IMG/VR virus record: IMGVR_UViG_3300012920_000028
Span: 1-64,000 of that record
Origin: a virus
Length of the DNA stretch: 64,000 bases
Strand: one strand, 5' to 3'
In this document: in pieces, positions 56,701-64,000 of the stretch
Numbering within the stretch: position 1 is the first letter of the stretch
How the letters are laid out: every line of letters begins with the position of its first letter
Made by a program: the position numbers and the translations under genes
Notes under the pieces: model-generated
Database searches by the model: none
What the model was told of the DNA's origin: nothing
The model's input: the letters and a program-made list of their open reading frames with translations, nothing else

Positions 56701-59392
56701 TCTCAAGGGGGATTTCGTCAATCCGAGAGAGGAAGTTCTTCCGGTAGTTCCCCGTTTCCATGTCGACGAAGAGGTCGAAGTCTTCCTTCGACGCTCGCGC
56801 GATTTGAGCGGGCATCAGGAGGGCGCGCTCCTTCGCTTCCTTCTTGCTCATACCTCCGCGCTCAAGGAGCATGGCTTCGAGAGCCGAAGTGGAACGGTTC
56901 TTCGGTCGGAGGTAAATGGAGAACATGTCGGGGAACAGGTCCTTGTACTTCTTCATCCCGCCAATGTTGACGTCGATGACGTTGATTGGGTATTTGAAAT
57001 CGGCGAATCGGCGGCCATACAGGTGACCGTTCTTCATGCGACGGTATTCGAGGAACTCGTCGTTCTGAATCATTTCCATGAACTTCGCCTTCGACACGAA
57101 GTGCTTGTCCACTCCGTCGCGCTCCTTCGGTCGTGGTGGCCGTGTCGTGTAGGCGAGGACCTCGCCCACTCCGGGGAACTTCTTCTTGAGTAGGCGAATC
57201 GAAGTGGACTTCCCCACGCCTGCTGGCCCGGAAATGCTGATGAGGCGAACGCGCGAAGCCTTCCTCGGATTGACCGCGACCACGGGCACTGCCGCCTGCT
57301 CCGGCTCTTCGAGTTGCACATCCTCGATTTGCTGAAGAGCACGGCCGAGTGTGAGGTAGATGGCGTTCACCGCCTCGCGCCCGAGGTCCATGTTTAGGTT
57401 CGGGAAATCCTTCCGGAACGTGAGGTCGAAGTTGCCCGTTCCGTTCGAGGCGCGCACATTGAGGTCATAGCCGTCGGGGATGACGTCTCCGAGTTCGGGG
57501 GCGTTGGTCGTGTTGAGAATGAGGTAGCCGTTTCCGCTCGTTTTGTTGGTGGGGTACCAGTAGTCCTTCGACGGGTCCACATTGTGTCGAAGGTATGGCT
57601 CGAACGCGGCCTCCATCAAGGCTGCTGAAATGTCTTGGACCCCGTAGTTCCACCTGTATTTGACCGAAGCCACCAAGGGACGCGGGTTCTGCCTCGGCTC
57701 GTTGAGGAAGGCCCGCAACTTCTCGACATGCTGCCTCAGATACCAGTTCTTGAAGTCTGCACCGTTCACTTTCCCGTCATAGTGCCCCGCCGACTTGAAC
57801 TCCTGAGCCATACCCGTCCACATGAACGGGTGGTGCGTGGCGATGTCAGCCATGAGCATGAACAAGGCCGCACCGTAGTATGGGCCGACCTGCGTTCGGA
57901 AGAAGTCCTCGGAGATGTTCCTACGCCCGATGTCCGATTCGAGCATCACCGAAACGATGTCGTCGAGGGGCTCGGGAATGTCGAGGTCGCCGGAGATGAA
58001 GGAGTCCCACATCATCTGAGCGCCTTTCGAGTGGTGGATTTCGTTTCCGCTATCCTTCTGAATGTTCTTCCCCGCGTCATGATAGAGGGCGAGAATGTAG
58101 ACCAAGTCAAGCATCGAGTAGTTCGATGCGATGTTCTCGTTTAGGTAGGCACGCACCTTCTTCCGAAGGTCGGAATCGAACCCGATGTCCTCCCACTTGA
58201 ACATCCGTCCTGAAGGGAATTGCTTCGTTGGCTCAAGGTGGTGACTGAGCCAGAAATAGCAGAACATTGTGTGAGCGTATTCATCTCCGCCATAGTGGAC
58301 GAAGTCGTAGTCCAAACCCGAGAGTTCCTCCAAGGCCGGGTGATAGAGCCGGGAGGGAGGTTGGATTTTGCTGCTGACCGGACCGGGATTGGCCCGAACT
58401 TCGAAAGGGTCCTCGTCCCCCTTCGGGACCTCTTCAGGTGGTGTGTAGTTGGGGTTCACGAACTGCTTGTAGGAAATGGTCGCGATGGAACCGAACTTCT
58501 TGTTGAAGAGGTTCACCATGTGTTGCGTGACGGCGTGGCAGAACTCGACGTCGTCCGAGCCCTTGTGCTTTTTTGCCTCCACTTCGCCCGCTTCGAGCAT
58601 AGCGTCGATATCAGCAATGAACTTCTCCTCGTCAAAGCCGAGGTATTTCTCCACACGGGAGTTCTTCACCTTGAATGTGAAGCGGTCGATACGGTCACGC
58701 ATGACGGTGTAATGCCGCTTCACACCTGTCGAGAAGGAAGCATCGAGGTACCATTGAATATCGTCGGCTGAAGTGAGCGAAGGCTCGTCCTTCGACGGGT
58801 GCGTGTGGTAGAAAGCAACCTCTTCGCCCGGGCGCTTGTTGATTTTGATTTTGGGCATGATGAGCGAGGCTCGGCGATGATAGATGTTCCCGTTCTTCGT
58901 GACCCACCCGTAGGATTCTCCGGTGAAGGAAACGAAAGACCACAACTTGTCGAGGAACGCCTTGTCATCGAGTTTGCTGTAGCGGTGCTTGGTGAAGTGC
59001 TTCTCCGGCTTGTCGATGACCATGCCGTGCATTTCGGCCTTGAACTCGCTCACCGAAGTCGGGTTCTTCAGCACGCCGTCGAAAGACAGGTGTCCCTTAG
59101 CGATAGTGACCATTCCTCCGGGGTTTGAGCGGACGACTGAAACTTCGTCGCACCGGATGAGAACGTGAACCATCTGTGGCTTTCGGTCGCGGTAGGGAAC
59201 GTATCGCCCTTGGTCGAGGAAGTGCTTCATGGCCTCGCGGGCTTCCTTCCTCTTCACTTGGCCGTCGAACATGACGAACCACGTTTGATTCTCGATGTCG
59301 AGAGTAGCCTCTTTGACGTTGAGAGAGCCAAGAGCCGAGCCGCCCCTCGGAAAGTGCGTGTACTTACGCACCTGTCTCGGACTCAGCGTCAT
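53702..59392 (-). CDS. 1896-aa multidomain polyprotein: JAB/MPN, HD, guanylate kinase, ART-like, DUF3140-like, Tpt1/KptA-like, VFGDN domain, DUF5824-like
   Basis: E..HTH.........SADD; H...YHD...HH...D; SGPAGVGKST/YTTRPPR..E.DG; YRA..S.WTT..E.E; INM..EL..SGRRI..WGHDP; LYHLT....I...GL; VFGDN..GGQA; AAWRTGHRPG. Confidence 0.8.
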   Translation of the reverse strand: MTLSPRQVRKYTHFPRGGSALGSLNVKEATLDIENQTWFVMFDGQVKRKEAREAMKHFLDQGRYVPYRDRKPQMVHVLIRCDEVSVVRSNPGGMVTIAKGHLSFDGVLKNPTSVSEFKAEMHGMVIDKPEKHFTKHRYSKLDDKAFLDKLWSFVSFTGESYGWVTKNGNIYHRRASLIMPKIKINKRPGEEVAFYHTHPSKDEPSLTSADDIQWYLDASFSTGVKRHYTVMRDRIDRFTFKVKNSRVEKYLGFDEEKFIADIDAMLEAGEVEAKKHKGSDDVEFCHAVTQHMVNLFNKKFGSIATISYKQFVNPNYTPPEEVPKGDEDPFEVRANPGPVSSKIQPPSRLYHPALEELSGLDYDFVHYGGDEYAHTMFCYFWLSHHLEPTKQFPSGRMFKWEDIGFDSDLRKKVRAYLNENIASNYSMLDLVYILALYHDAGKNIQKDSGNEIHHSKGAQMMWDSFISGDLDIPEPLDDIVSVMLESDIGRRNISEDFFRTQVGPYYGAALFMLMADIATHHPFMWTGMAQEFKSAGHYDGKVNGADFKNWYLRQHVEKLRAFLNEPRQNPRPLVASVKYRWNYGVQDISAALMEAAFEPYLRHNVDPSKDYWYPTNKTSGNGYLILNTTNAPELGDVIPDGYDLNVRASNGTGNFDLTFRKDFPNLNMDLGREAVNAIYLTLGRALQQIEDVQLEEPEQAAVPVVAVNPRKASRVRLISISGPAGVGKSTSIRLLKKKFPGVGEVLAYTTRPPRPKERDGVDKHFVSKAKFMEMIQNDEFLEYRRMKNGHLYGRRFADFKYPINVIDVNIGGMKKYKDLFPDMFSIYLRPKNRSTSALEAMLLERGGMSKKEAKERALLMPAQIARASKEDFDLFVDMETGNYRKNFLSRIDEIPLENPAVPIAEVVQEVPKRLGRQATFGQGLAPETDAERDYRELRRRIISFNNMADSGDYSAFAIPSYFNDSYLPEGTIRSPVENRTHVLVPNAQAERFSALLDSSALPMGNPPEGIRLKDVLTSSGLEGLLRFVERENKKEMKRNFRRWGYTGSSGKRFLEHLFEHWKSLYGSRDSIPIYRAIWSPASSEELEESWQTHGLGSAWTTDKKKADMFVQTRTSVAQFFPHANQVLIVARLPFQDINWISTLRNNFSFGPTESELNPDDDVNLKVERVEFFFLDQQAREKYRRSFYSPAGGGNLKPWSDPAQKPYRVWEPKKKYPVWTRHQMENHLEWEPGEEPWEIENPPKELFEWFEEWVHLINMKNKELKAFLDSPLGKKAGLSKEEADAQGIKSGRVSGRRILKMRAKLGLTGPKDYIKIGPRIIENYYEKAMKEWTGPSDDPLDGETDWDWCKRQVRFVKRHGAFPYNADQKGPLVREQKTQNQVSRRLLGLWVWGHDPWRWARKHDISRMPPCPDVPWIGMTEKRKYGKVPVLMGPKKNPAKSVRGEELPMPKKLYHLTLKEHLPSIKKNGLVPQHGPLTRALKGQLYEFAKEKNLIAPDMKFEEYIQSFKPRIYLASKKEEALFWKTKMPNHEDFALLEISVPETLDLTLNGMEWTTPETIPAKNISEVKDNPPKKITPTYVRNHPEVLFVFGDNDKREGKGGQAKIRDEKNTIGFRTKKAPHTKPGAYYTDKEYAENIRKMQEDLDEIRLRAPLYSRVYFIPGIGEGRAKLKEKAPKTYAWMKENLPRPNPWFPSDVSYPSALTAQTISITQLSNLPRPNPRTPGGKKIPSKYLKGLTSVEKAIAEYEIDQGYKYDVNDPKAYEFWKSDIKATARGMKTTPSKYRTKFARLYGPLKGKGSFLTRMSKTTGVDKAILEKVYDKGLAAWRTGHRPGVQQHQWASGRVYSFVTLGNTVMKDGKKMGDYSLAVKAGLIKENSSRHDWVEEDEDEFLNMFEW

Positions 59393-62300
59393 CGTCAGAC
59401 CTCATGAAACGTGCAAGCGGGGACACCGCCTCCGTATCGGGGAGAGCAGCGTCGGAAATGAACTCTCCGCCCGGGTTCTTCTTCGCAAGACGAAGTGCAC
59501 GGGAGTGAATCTCTCGGTCTTTCGAAGCATCGAACGACCTGTCCCTGAAATCATTCTTCATGGACTCGTCCTGACGAACGAACTCACCTGTGTCGAGGTT
59601 TTCTTCAGCCCACCCGAAGTCCCCTCTCGTTTCAGCCGGGCGGCGAACGCGGTAGCCGAGGCGCGGGTCCATGTTCACACCTACCGCGAACTCCGCGTCG
59701 CGTCGTGCTTGGTCATCATCCTGCATGTAGTCCATGAGCAATTGATTGTGATACAAGGTTTCCTCTCTCGCGCCTTTCTCATGCACGACACCGCCGATGT
59801 TCGGGCCTTCCTCGTCAAACACACCGTCTTCGGAACCGACAATGAAACCCGGAATCGAAAGGTAGTACGAAACGCCATGTTTGTCCTTCGGGAAACGCAT
59901 GAAGGCGTCAGGGGCGTAGTGAAGACCCCACTTCCCCGGGCTCAAGACGAGTTGGTTCTCGAACTCGCCCTTGAGGTCCTTGTTCACGTCGACCGGTTGT
60001 CCACCCCTTCCTCGAACACGTCCAGCACGCTGGTCATATCCACTGCTCATCCACGAGGTCGGTGTTCCAACAACCCTCGTTTCACTCTCTGTTCCGGGTT
60101 CAACACCATAGGTCATGCCGGGATAGTCGGGGTGAGAGTATTCGCGAGGGAAACCACCAATCCATCGCGGACCGTTGTTCCAGCCATAGAAGGGGTTCAT
60201 TCGAACACGTGTTAGACCGGACTTTGAAACAAAATGGCGACGGGGTTTCTGATGAGAGTATTTGAACCTCCGAGATTCGGGGTTCTGAATCGCTTCGACT
60301 CCGGTTCTTTTCCCCTTTGGCGCAGCCTTGATGTTGAAACCTCCCGCTTCGCTCACTTGCGTGTGCCGAATGTCGGTTGAATTGAGCGGGTCCTTGTCTT
60401 CACGGACGCGGAGGAGGGTCGGTGTGCCGCCAAGGCCGCGAGTCGTGTAGGGACGTGGCGTGACGCTATATTGGCTCCCTCCACGTTGATATGCGGTGGA
60501 ACCGGGAGCGGCGCGGTCCTGCTTGAAATAGAACGAAGGGCCACGAACCTTCTCAACATCAGACAGGCGCATAAACTGAACTTCCACAACCACCTTCGGC
60601 TCGACGAGGAGGATGTCGGGGTATTGCTCTCGCAATTTCGGTGAGCGAATCACGTGTTCGCCGTCGGCGTATTCCGTGCTCCTCATGGGGCCGATGACCT
60701 GACGGAAAAGCGCGGCACTCTCTTCTTTCGTGAGCCTACCCGGTCCGACATAGCCGACGGGAACATACACGTTCCCAAACTTCATCTTTTTCGCGACGCC
60801 AATCATGACGGTCCCGATTTCTTCCTTCTCGTCTTCGAACGTCTTGGCGGTCGTACCAATCCCCATGATAACGACGTCAAGCGTGTACTTGCGCTTCACC
60901 TTGTAGGTCTTCCCGTCCACGATGAGCACGAGTCCCTCGTGGCCGCGCGTCTTCACCTCAGACTCCCACTTTGCCTTGATGACCGGGTAGTGGTCGTCCA
61001 TCAGAATGAGAGGGTCAACACACCGGATGCGGTCGCCGTCAAGGTCGGCCACCTTCGCGATGCGCTCGTCAAAGGAAAGGTCCTGAACCTTCACGCCGTC
61101 CACAGAATAGACGTCGGTGATGACGAACTTCAGTTTGGAGAAGTCCTCGGGCGAGGGGTTGTCTTTCCGCAAGAAGCCGACGGCCGACGGTCCGAGAGGG
61201 ACGCCAACGTCGTCCAGAAGAATGGACTCACCGAGAACAGTCAGTTCATCGAAGCCGAGACGCGCGCACATCTCTTCGAAATCGCGCGTCAGGTGGTTGT
61301 CCCACCCGAAATGTCCGCCCTTCCCCTGCAGCATGATTGTGCGCTGAAGGTTGATTCCTGAGTCAAGACGTTCGCCGTTGATTCTGAAGCCACCCCGCTT
61401 GTTGAAGGAGAGCATCCCAAGTTGTCCGTCGTACTTCGTCATGACGGCGACCTTCTTTGCGTCCTCAAGCACGGGGCCGAGGTCGCGGAACGTCTTCTCC
61501 TTGAACCGCTTCTTCCACTTCTCAAGGAACGAAACGAACTCGTGGCCCTTGTCTTTGGCGGTGACGCACGGTGGCGCCGCCCGGGTGTCGCTGAATCCCG
61601 CGCCAATGCCGGCGCTCACGAACCACCTATCCACCACACCTTGCAAGTGCTCGAACCGCTCAATGACGTTCATGGGGTGTGCGGACATTGGATTGAAGTT
61701 CTTCAGGTCGCTGATTGATACGGGGATTCGACACAGGCCGGTTGAGCCTTCAAGGTCGTTCATCTTGAAGTGCATTCCGAAGAACATACCCGTAGTCTGA
61801 TTCTGGCCGAAAAGGCGGTCGTCAAGGACTGGAAGCATCTCGACCATGCCCTGCTCTCGGTCGTAGGTCCAATGCTTCTTGACTCCCCTCAAGAGGTTGT
61901 TCTTGCAGTATTCCTTCATGGCCTGCATGGTTTCGAAGCCGAAGCCGTTCACGTTCAGCCAGATTTGGAACGAGCGCCCGGTGAACTGAATGAGAATGTC
62001 GTGTTTCTTCGACACGTGTTTCGCAATCGTGTGGATGTGTTCGAGGTAGTCCTCAAACGCCGCCCCTGAAACATTGTCGAAATCGAGGACGGCCATCTTC
62101 GGGTAGCCTTCGGGTGAGGGTCGGAACTGGATGCCCCGAATCGCACGGTTGGTTCCTCCACTCACGGTGATTTCAGAACCCGTGGTCTCCGCGAAGGTCT
62201 CGAACTTGGCCGCGGACATGAAGCGTTGAACGTCGGCCTCGCTCTTGATTCGGTACATCTGACTCGTCGTGACGCCGTCTCCGCGACTACGGCTGTACTC

Positions 62301-62771
62301 CACCGTTTGAATCGGGTGGTGCATGGTCTTCCTCAAACAGAACGGGAGGAACACTCGGTTGTATTCCCCCACGAAGGTCTTGATGAGTTCGTGTTGCTTC
62401 TTCGCCTCCGGCGTATCGGAAAGGTCCGGAGCGGTTGGGAAGAAGCCGAGCGTGAGAGAGAAGCCACCGTGCACCTTGGCGTAGGCGTCGCGAAGGATTG
62501 GTCGGAGGACTTCCATCTGTTGCTTCGTCGTGAGGTTCACGTCGCGGCGAAAGAGCGGGTCTCCGGTGCTTGGGTGGGTCCAATCCGCGGCTTTCAGGGG
62601 AGGGGTGTTGTTGTCGAACGCCTTCGTCCCCATCTGAAACATCTTTCGTTGTCCGAGGAACTTCACGAGGAACTCTTCCATGTCGGACTCCGTGACGCCA
62701 AACCCGGCCGAAGTCACGTAATTGGTGTACCTCCCCCATTGTTCGAGAACACCGTCATAGGGAGAAATCAT
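59364..62771 (-). CDS. AEP primase/polymerase-like domain fused to ATP-dependent DNA ligase (LigD-like) with N- and C-terminal extensions
   Basis: LDFD and FTG.SFQIW (AEP-like); KYDG, GE, F..D, EGLV, KVK..TLD.VI.G, EP..VVEV, R.REDK (ligase + OB fold). Confidence 0.8.
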   Translation of the reverse strand: MISPYDGVLEQWGRYTNYVTSAGFGVTESDMEEFLVKFLGQRKMFQMGTKAFDNNTPPLKAADWTHPSTGDPLFRRDVNLTTKQQMEVLRPILRDAYAKVHGGFSLTLGFFPTAPDLSDTPEAKKQHELIKTFVGEYNRVFLPFCLRKTMHHPIQTVEYSRSRGDGVTTSQMYRIKSEADVQRFMSAAKFETFAETTGSEITVSGGTNRAIRGIQFRPSPEGYPKMAVLDFDNVSGAAFEDYLEHIHTIAKHVSKKHDILIQFTGRSFQIWLNVNGFGFETMQAMKEYCKNNLLRGVKKHWTYDREQGMVEMLPVLDDRLFGQNQTTGMFFGMHFKMNDLEGSTGLCRIPVSISDLKNFNPMSAHPMNVIERFEHLQGVVDRWFVSAGIGAGFSDTRAAPPCVTAKDKGHEFVSFLEKWKKRFKEKTFRDLGPVLEDAKKVAVMTKYDGQLGMLSFNKRGGFRINGERLDSGINLQRTIMLQGKGGHFGWDNHLTRDFEEMCARLGFDELTVLGESILLDDVGVPLGPSAVGFLRKDNPSPEDFSKLKFVITDVYSVDGVKVQDLSFDERIAKVADLDGDRIRCVDPLILMDDHYPVIKAKWESEVKTRGHEGLVLIVDGKTYKVKRKYTLDVVIMGIGTTAKTFEDEKEEIGTVMIGVAKKMKFGNVYVPVGYVGPGRLTKEESAALFRQVIGPMRSTEYADGEHVIRSPKLREQYPDILLVEPKVVVEVQFMRLSDVEKVRGPSFYFKQDRAAPGSTAYQRGGSQYSVTPRPYTTRGLGGTPTLLRVREDKDPLNSTDIRHTQVSEAGGFNIKAAPKGKRTGVEAIQNPESRRFKYSHQKPRRHFVSKSGLTRVRMNPFYGWNNGPRWIGGFPREYSHPDYPGMTYGVEPGTESETRVVGTPTSWMSSGYDQRAGRVRGRGGQPVDVNKDLKGEFENQLVLSPGKWGLHYAPDAFMRFPKDKHGVSYYLSIPGFIVGSEDGVFDEEGPNIGGVVHEKGAREETLYHNQLLMDYMQDDDQARRDAEFAVGVNMDPRLGYRVRRPAETRGDFGWAEENLDTGEFVRQDESMKNDFRDRSFDASKDREIHSRALRLAKKNPGGEFISDAALPDTEAVSPLARFMRSDDDAESETGA

Positions 62772-63994
62772 TGGAGAACCACTCCCTCTCCTGCTTGACC
62801 TTCCGGTGTCTGGAGGAACGCGCCTGCACCGGCACGGGTGCGTGCCGTGACTTCAGCCTGTTGCGCGGCCGTCATCATCGTCGCGACCGAATCGAGAAGT
62901 TGGGTGTCGGGGATGACCAAGTAGTTCCGGAGAACGAGGAGGATTTCGGCGCCGGCATGGAACTTGAAATCACCAAAGGAGAGTTTGCTGTAGCGCGCGA
63001 TTTCGGACATGAGTGCCTTTTCGAGTTCGGTGATACCGACCATGCGGTTGATGCGCATCTGGCTTGCAGCGGTGGAAACCGCCGCGATGATTTCAGGGTT
63101 GGTCGAGTAGTCGGACTTGACGGAATCAATGAGCGCCCTCAACGAAGACGTGTCCCGTGGGGAAATAGAGGGAGGAAGAGGAGCACGGAAGTTGCCCATG
63201 CGTGCGGCGCCGCCAAGGTTGGCGAGAGCATTCTGCACGGCCTCAACGGCTACCGCTTCGTCTTCACTGCTTTCGATAGCCGCGAGAAGGTCCTTTGTAG
63301 CGACGTCGAAGGCTTCCTTCACCATTGACTCAGCCCCCCGGCGTTGCTGCTGCAGATTCCGGTTCCCGTGCCCGCCGGGAGCACCACGTGGATGAATGCT
63401 GAGGAGCCCGCTTGACGTAAGGGTCAGCATCTGACTGAACCATTGATTGAAGCGGGTCATGAACGAAGTGAAGGCATCTCGGAGAAGAGGCGACTCAAGA
63501 ACCAATTCGGTTTCCCCAGAGGCGCGGGGCATGGCGAAACCTGCGGGGCGAGAAACGCCCGTTGCTCGCTCTCCTCGCCGTCCACGTTGCCGCGCCGCTA
63601 CAAACACGGGCTGCATGTGACGCCCAACAATGCTGGACATCCAAGCGATGTTCTGTGTGACGAACTTCTCGCCGTTGAGCATCTTGTCGAGAGAAGACTT
63701 GACCGCAGCGTTTGACTTGTCGTACATGTTGGCGAAGAAAGCCAAGTGCATGTCCGTACGAGCGTCGATGAAGTAGTCGAACCAAGGCCTCGGGTCGTTT
63801 CGGTTGAGCGTGTCGGCGATAGAGCCACGTGGGGGCGGAGAATCAGAATTGGCCGGAACGTCATTGGTGAAGATGTTGAAATTGCGGTTCCGCTCCTGAA
63901 GGCGGATTTCACAGTAGGTGTCGTAGAACATGAAACACTCCGCGAAAAGTTCGAGGAGAGCGAGCGCCTCTTCGTCGTACTGGCCGGCGGTCAT
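62768..63994 (-). CDS. Hypothetical helical protein (may extend beyond the window)
   Basis: 408-aa ORF with ATGA overlap to the ligase gene. Confidence 0.65.
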   Translation of the reverse strand: MTAGQYDEEALALLELFAECFMFYDTYCEIRLQERNRNFNIFTNDVPANSDSPPPRGSIADTLNRNDPRPWFDYFIDARTDMHLAFFANMYDKSNAAVKSSLDKMLNGEKFVTQNIAWMSSIVGRHMQPVFVAARQRGRRGERATGVSRPAGFAMPRASGETELVLESPLLRDAFTSFMTRFNQWFSQMLTLTSSGLLSIHPRGAPGGHGNRNLQQQRRGAESMVKEAFDVATKDLLAAIESSEDEAVAVEAVQNALANLGGAARMGNFRAPLPPSISPRDTSSLRALIDSVKSDYSTNPEIIAAVSTAASQMRINRMVGITELEKALMSEIARYSKLSFGDFKFHAGAEILLVLRNYLVIPDTQLLDSVATMMTAAQQAEVTARTRAGAGAFLQTPEGQAGEGVVLQ

Positions 63995-64000
63995 CCCGAG

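Noticed and set aside
1-64000. Eukaryotic nucleocytovirus or cellular chromosome interpretation
   Set aside because: Prokaryotic operon coupling and SD motifs, archaeal-size Rpo5 and a thermosome; no capping enzyme or housekeeping operons in the window. Not fully excluded without phylogeny.
1-64000. tRNA/rRNA genes or an alternative genetic code
   Set aside because: No cloverleaf or rRNA-like segment recognised by eye; long conserved genes read through in the standard code and all three stop codons terminate genes

Overview
This window looks like part of a large dsDNA virus genome, not a cellular chromosome. The host is most plausibly archaeal: there is a group II chaperonin, an archaeal-size Rpo5/H, GGTGA/GGAG-type ribosome-binding sites and ATGA gene overlaps, and no ribosomal or metabolic operons. 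Layout: (1) 1-8.3 kb holds small leftward accessory genes, repeats and structured intergenic regions. (2) 8.3-20.6 kb is a transcription/replication block with Rpo5, RNase HI, an unsplit RNA polymerase largest subunit (NADFDGD), a family B DNA polymerase and a serine recombinase. (3) 21-30 kb holds Zn-finger microgenes, two DNA methyltransferase homologues, a degenerate recombinase and a Cas4/RecB-like nuclease. (4) 30-64 kb is a long leftward, probably virion/morphogenesis block with many small membrane proteins, a Ras-like GTPase, a thermosome, candidate jelly-roll capsid proteins, an H1-like basic membrane protein, an FtsK/HerA-type packaging ATPase, several proteases, a primase-ligase fusion and an 1896-aa polyprotein. 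In the polyprotein, unrelated modules (JAB, HD, guanylate kinase, ART-like, DUF3140, Tpt1-like, DUF5824) are separated by a recurring Asn-Pro motif. The standout signals are a probably tailless, membrane-containing archaeal virus with its own multisubunit RNAP, and the 'NP-delimited' modular cargo polyprotein. All family calls come from recognising motifs by eye; no database search was run.
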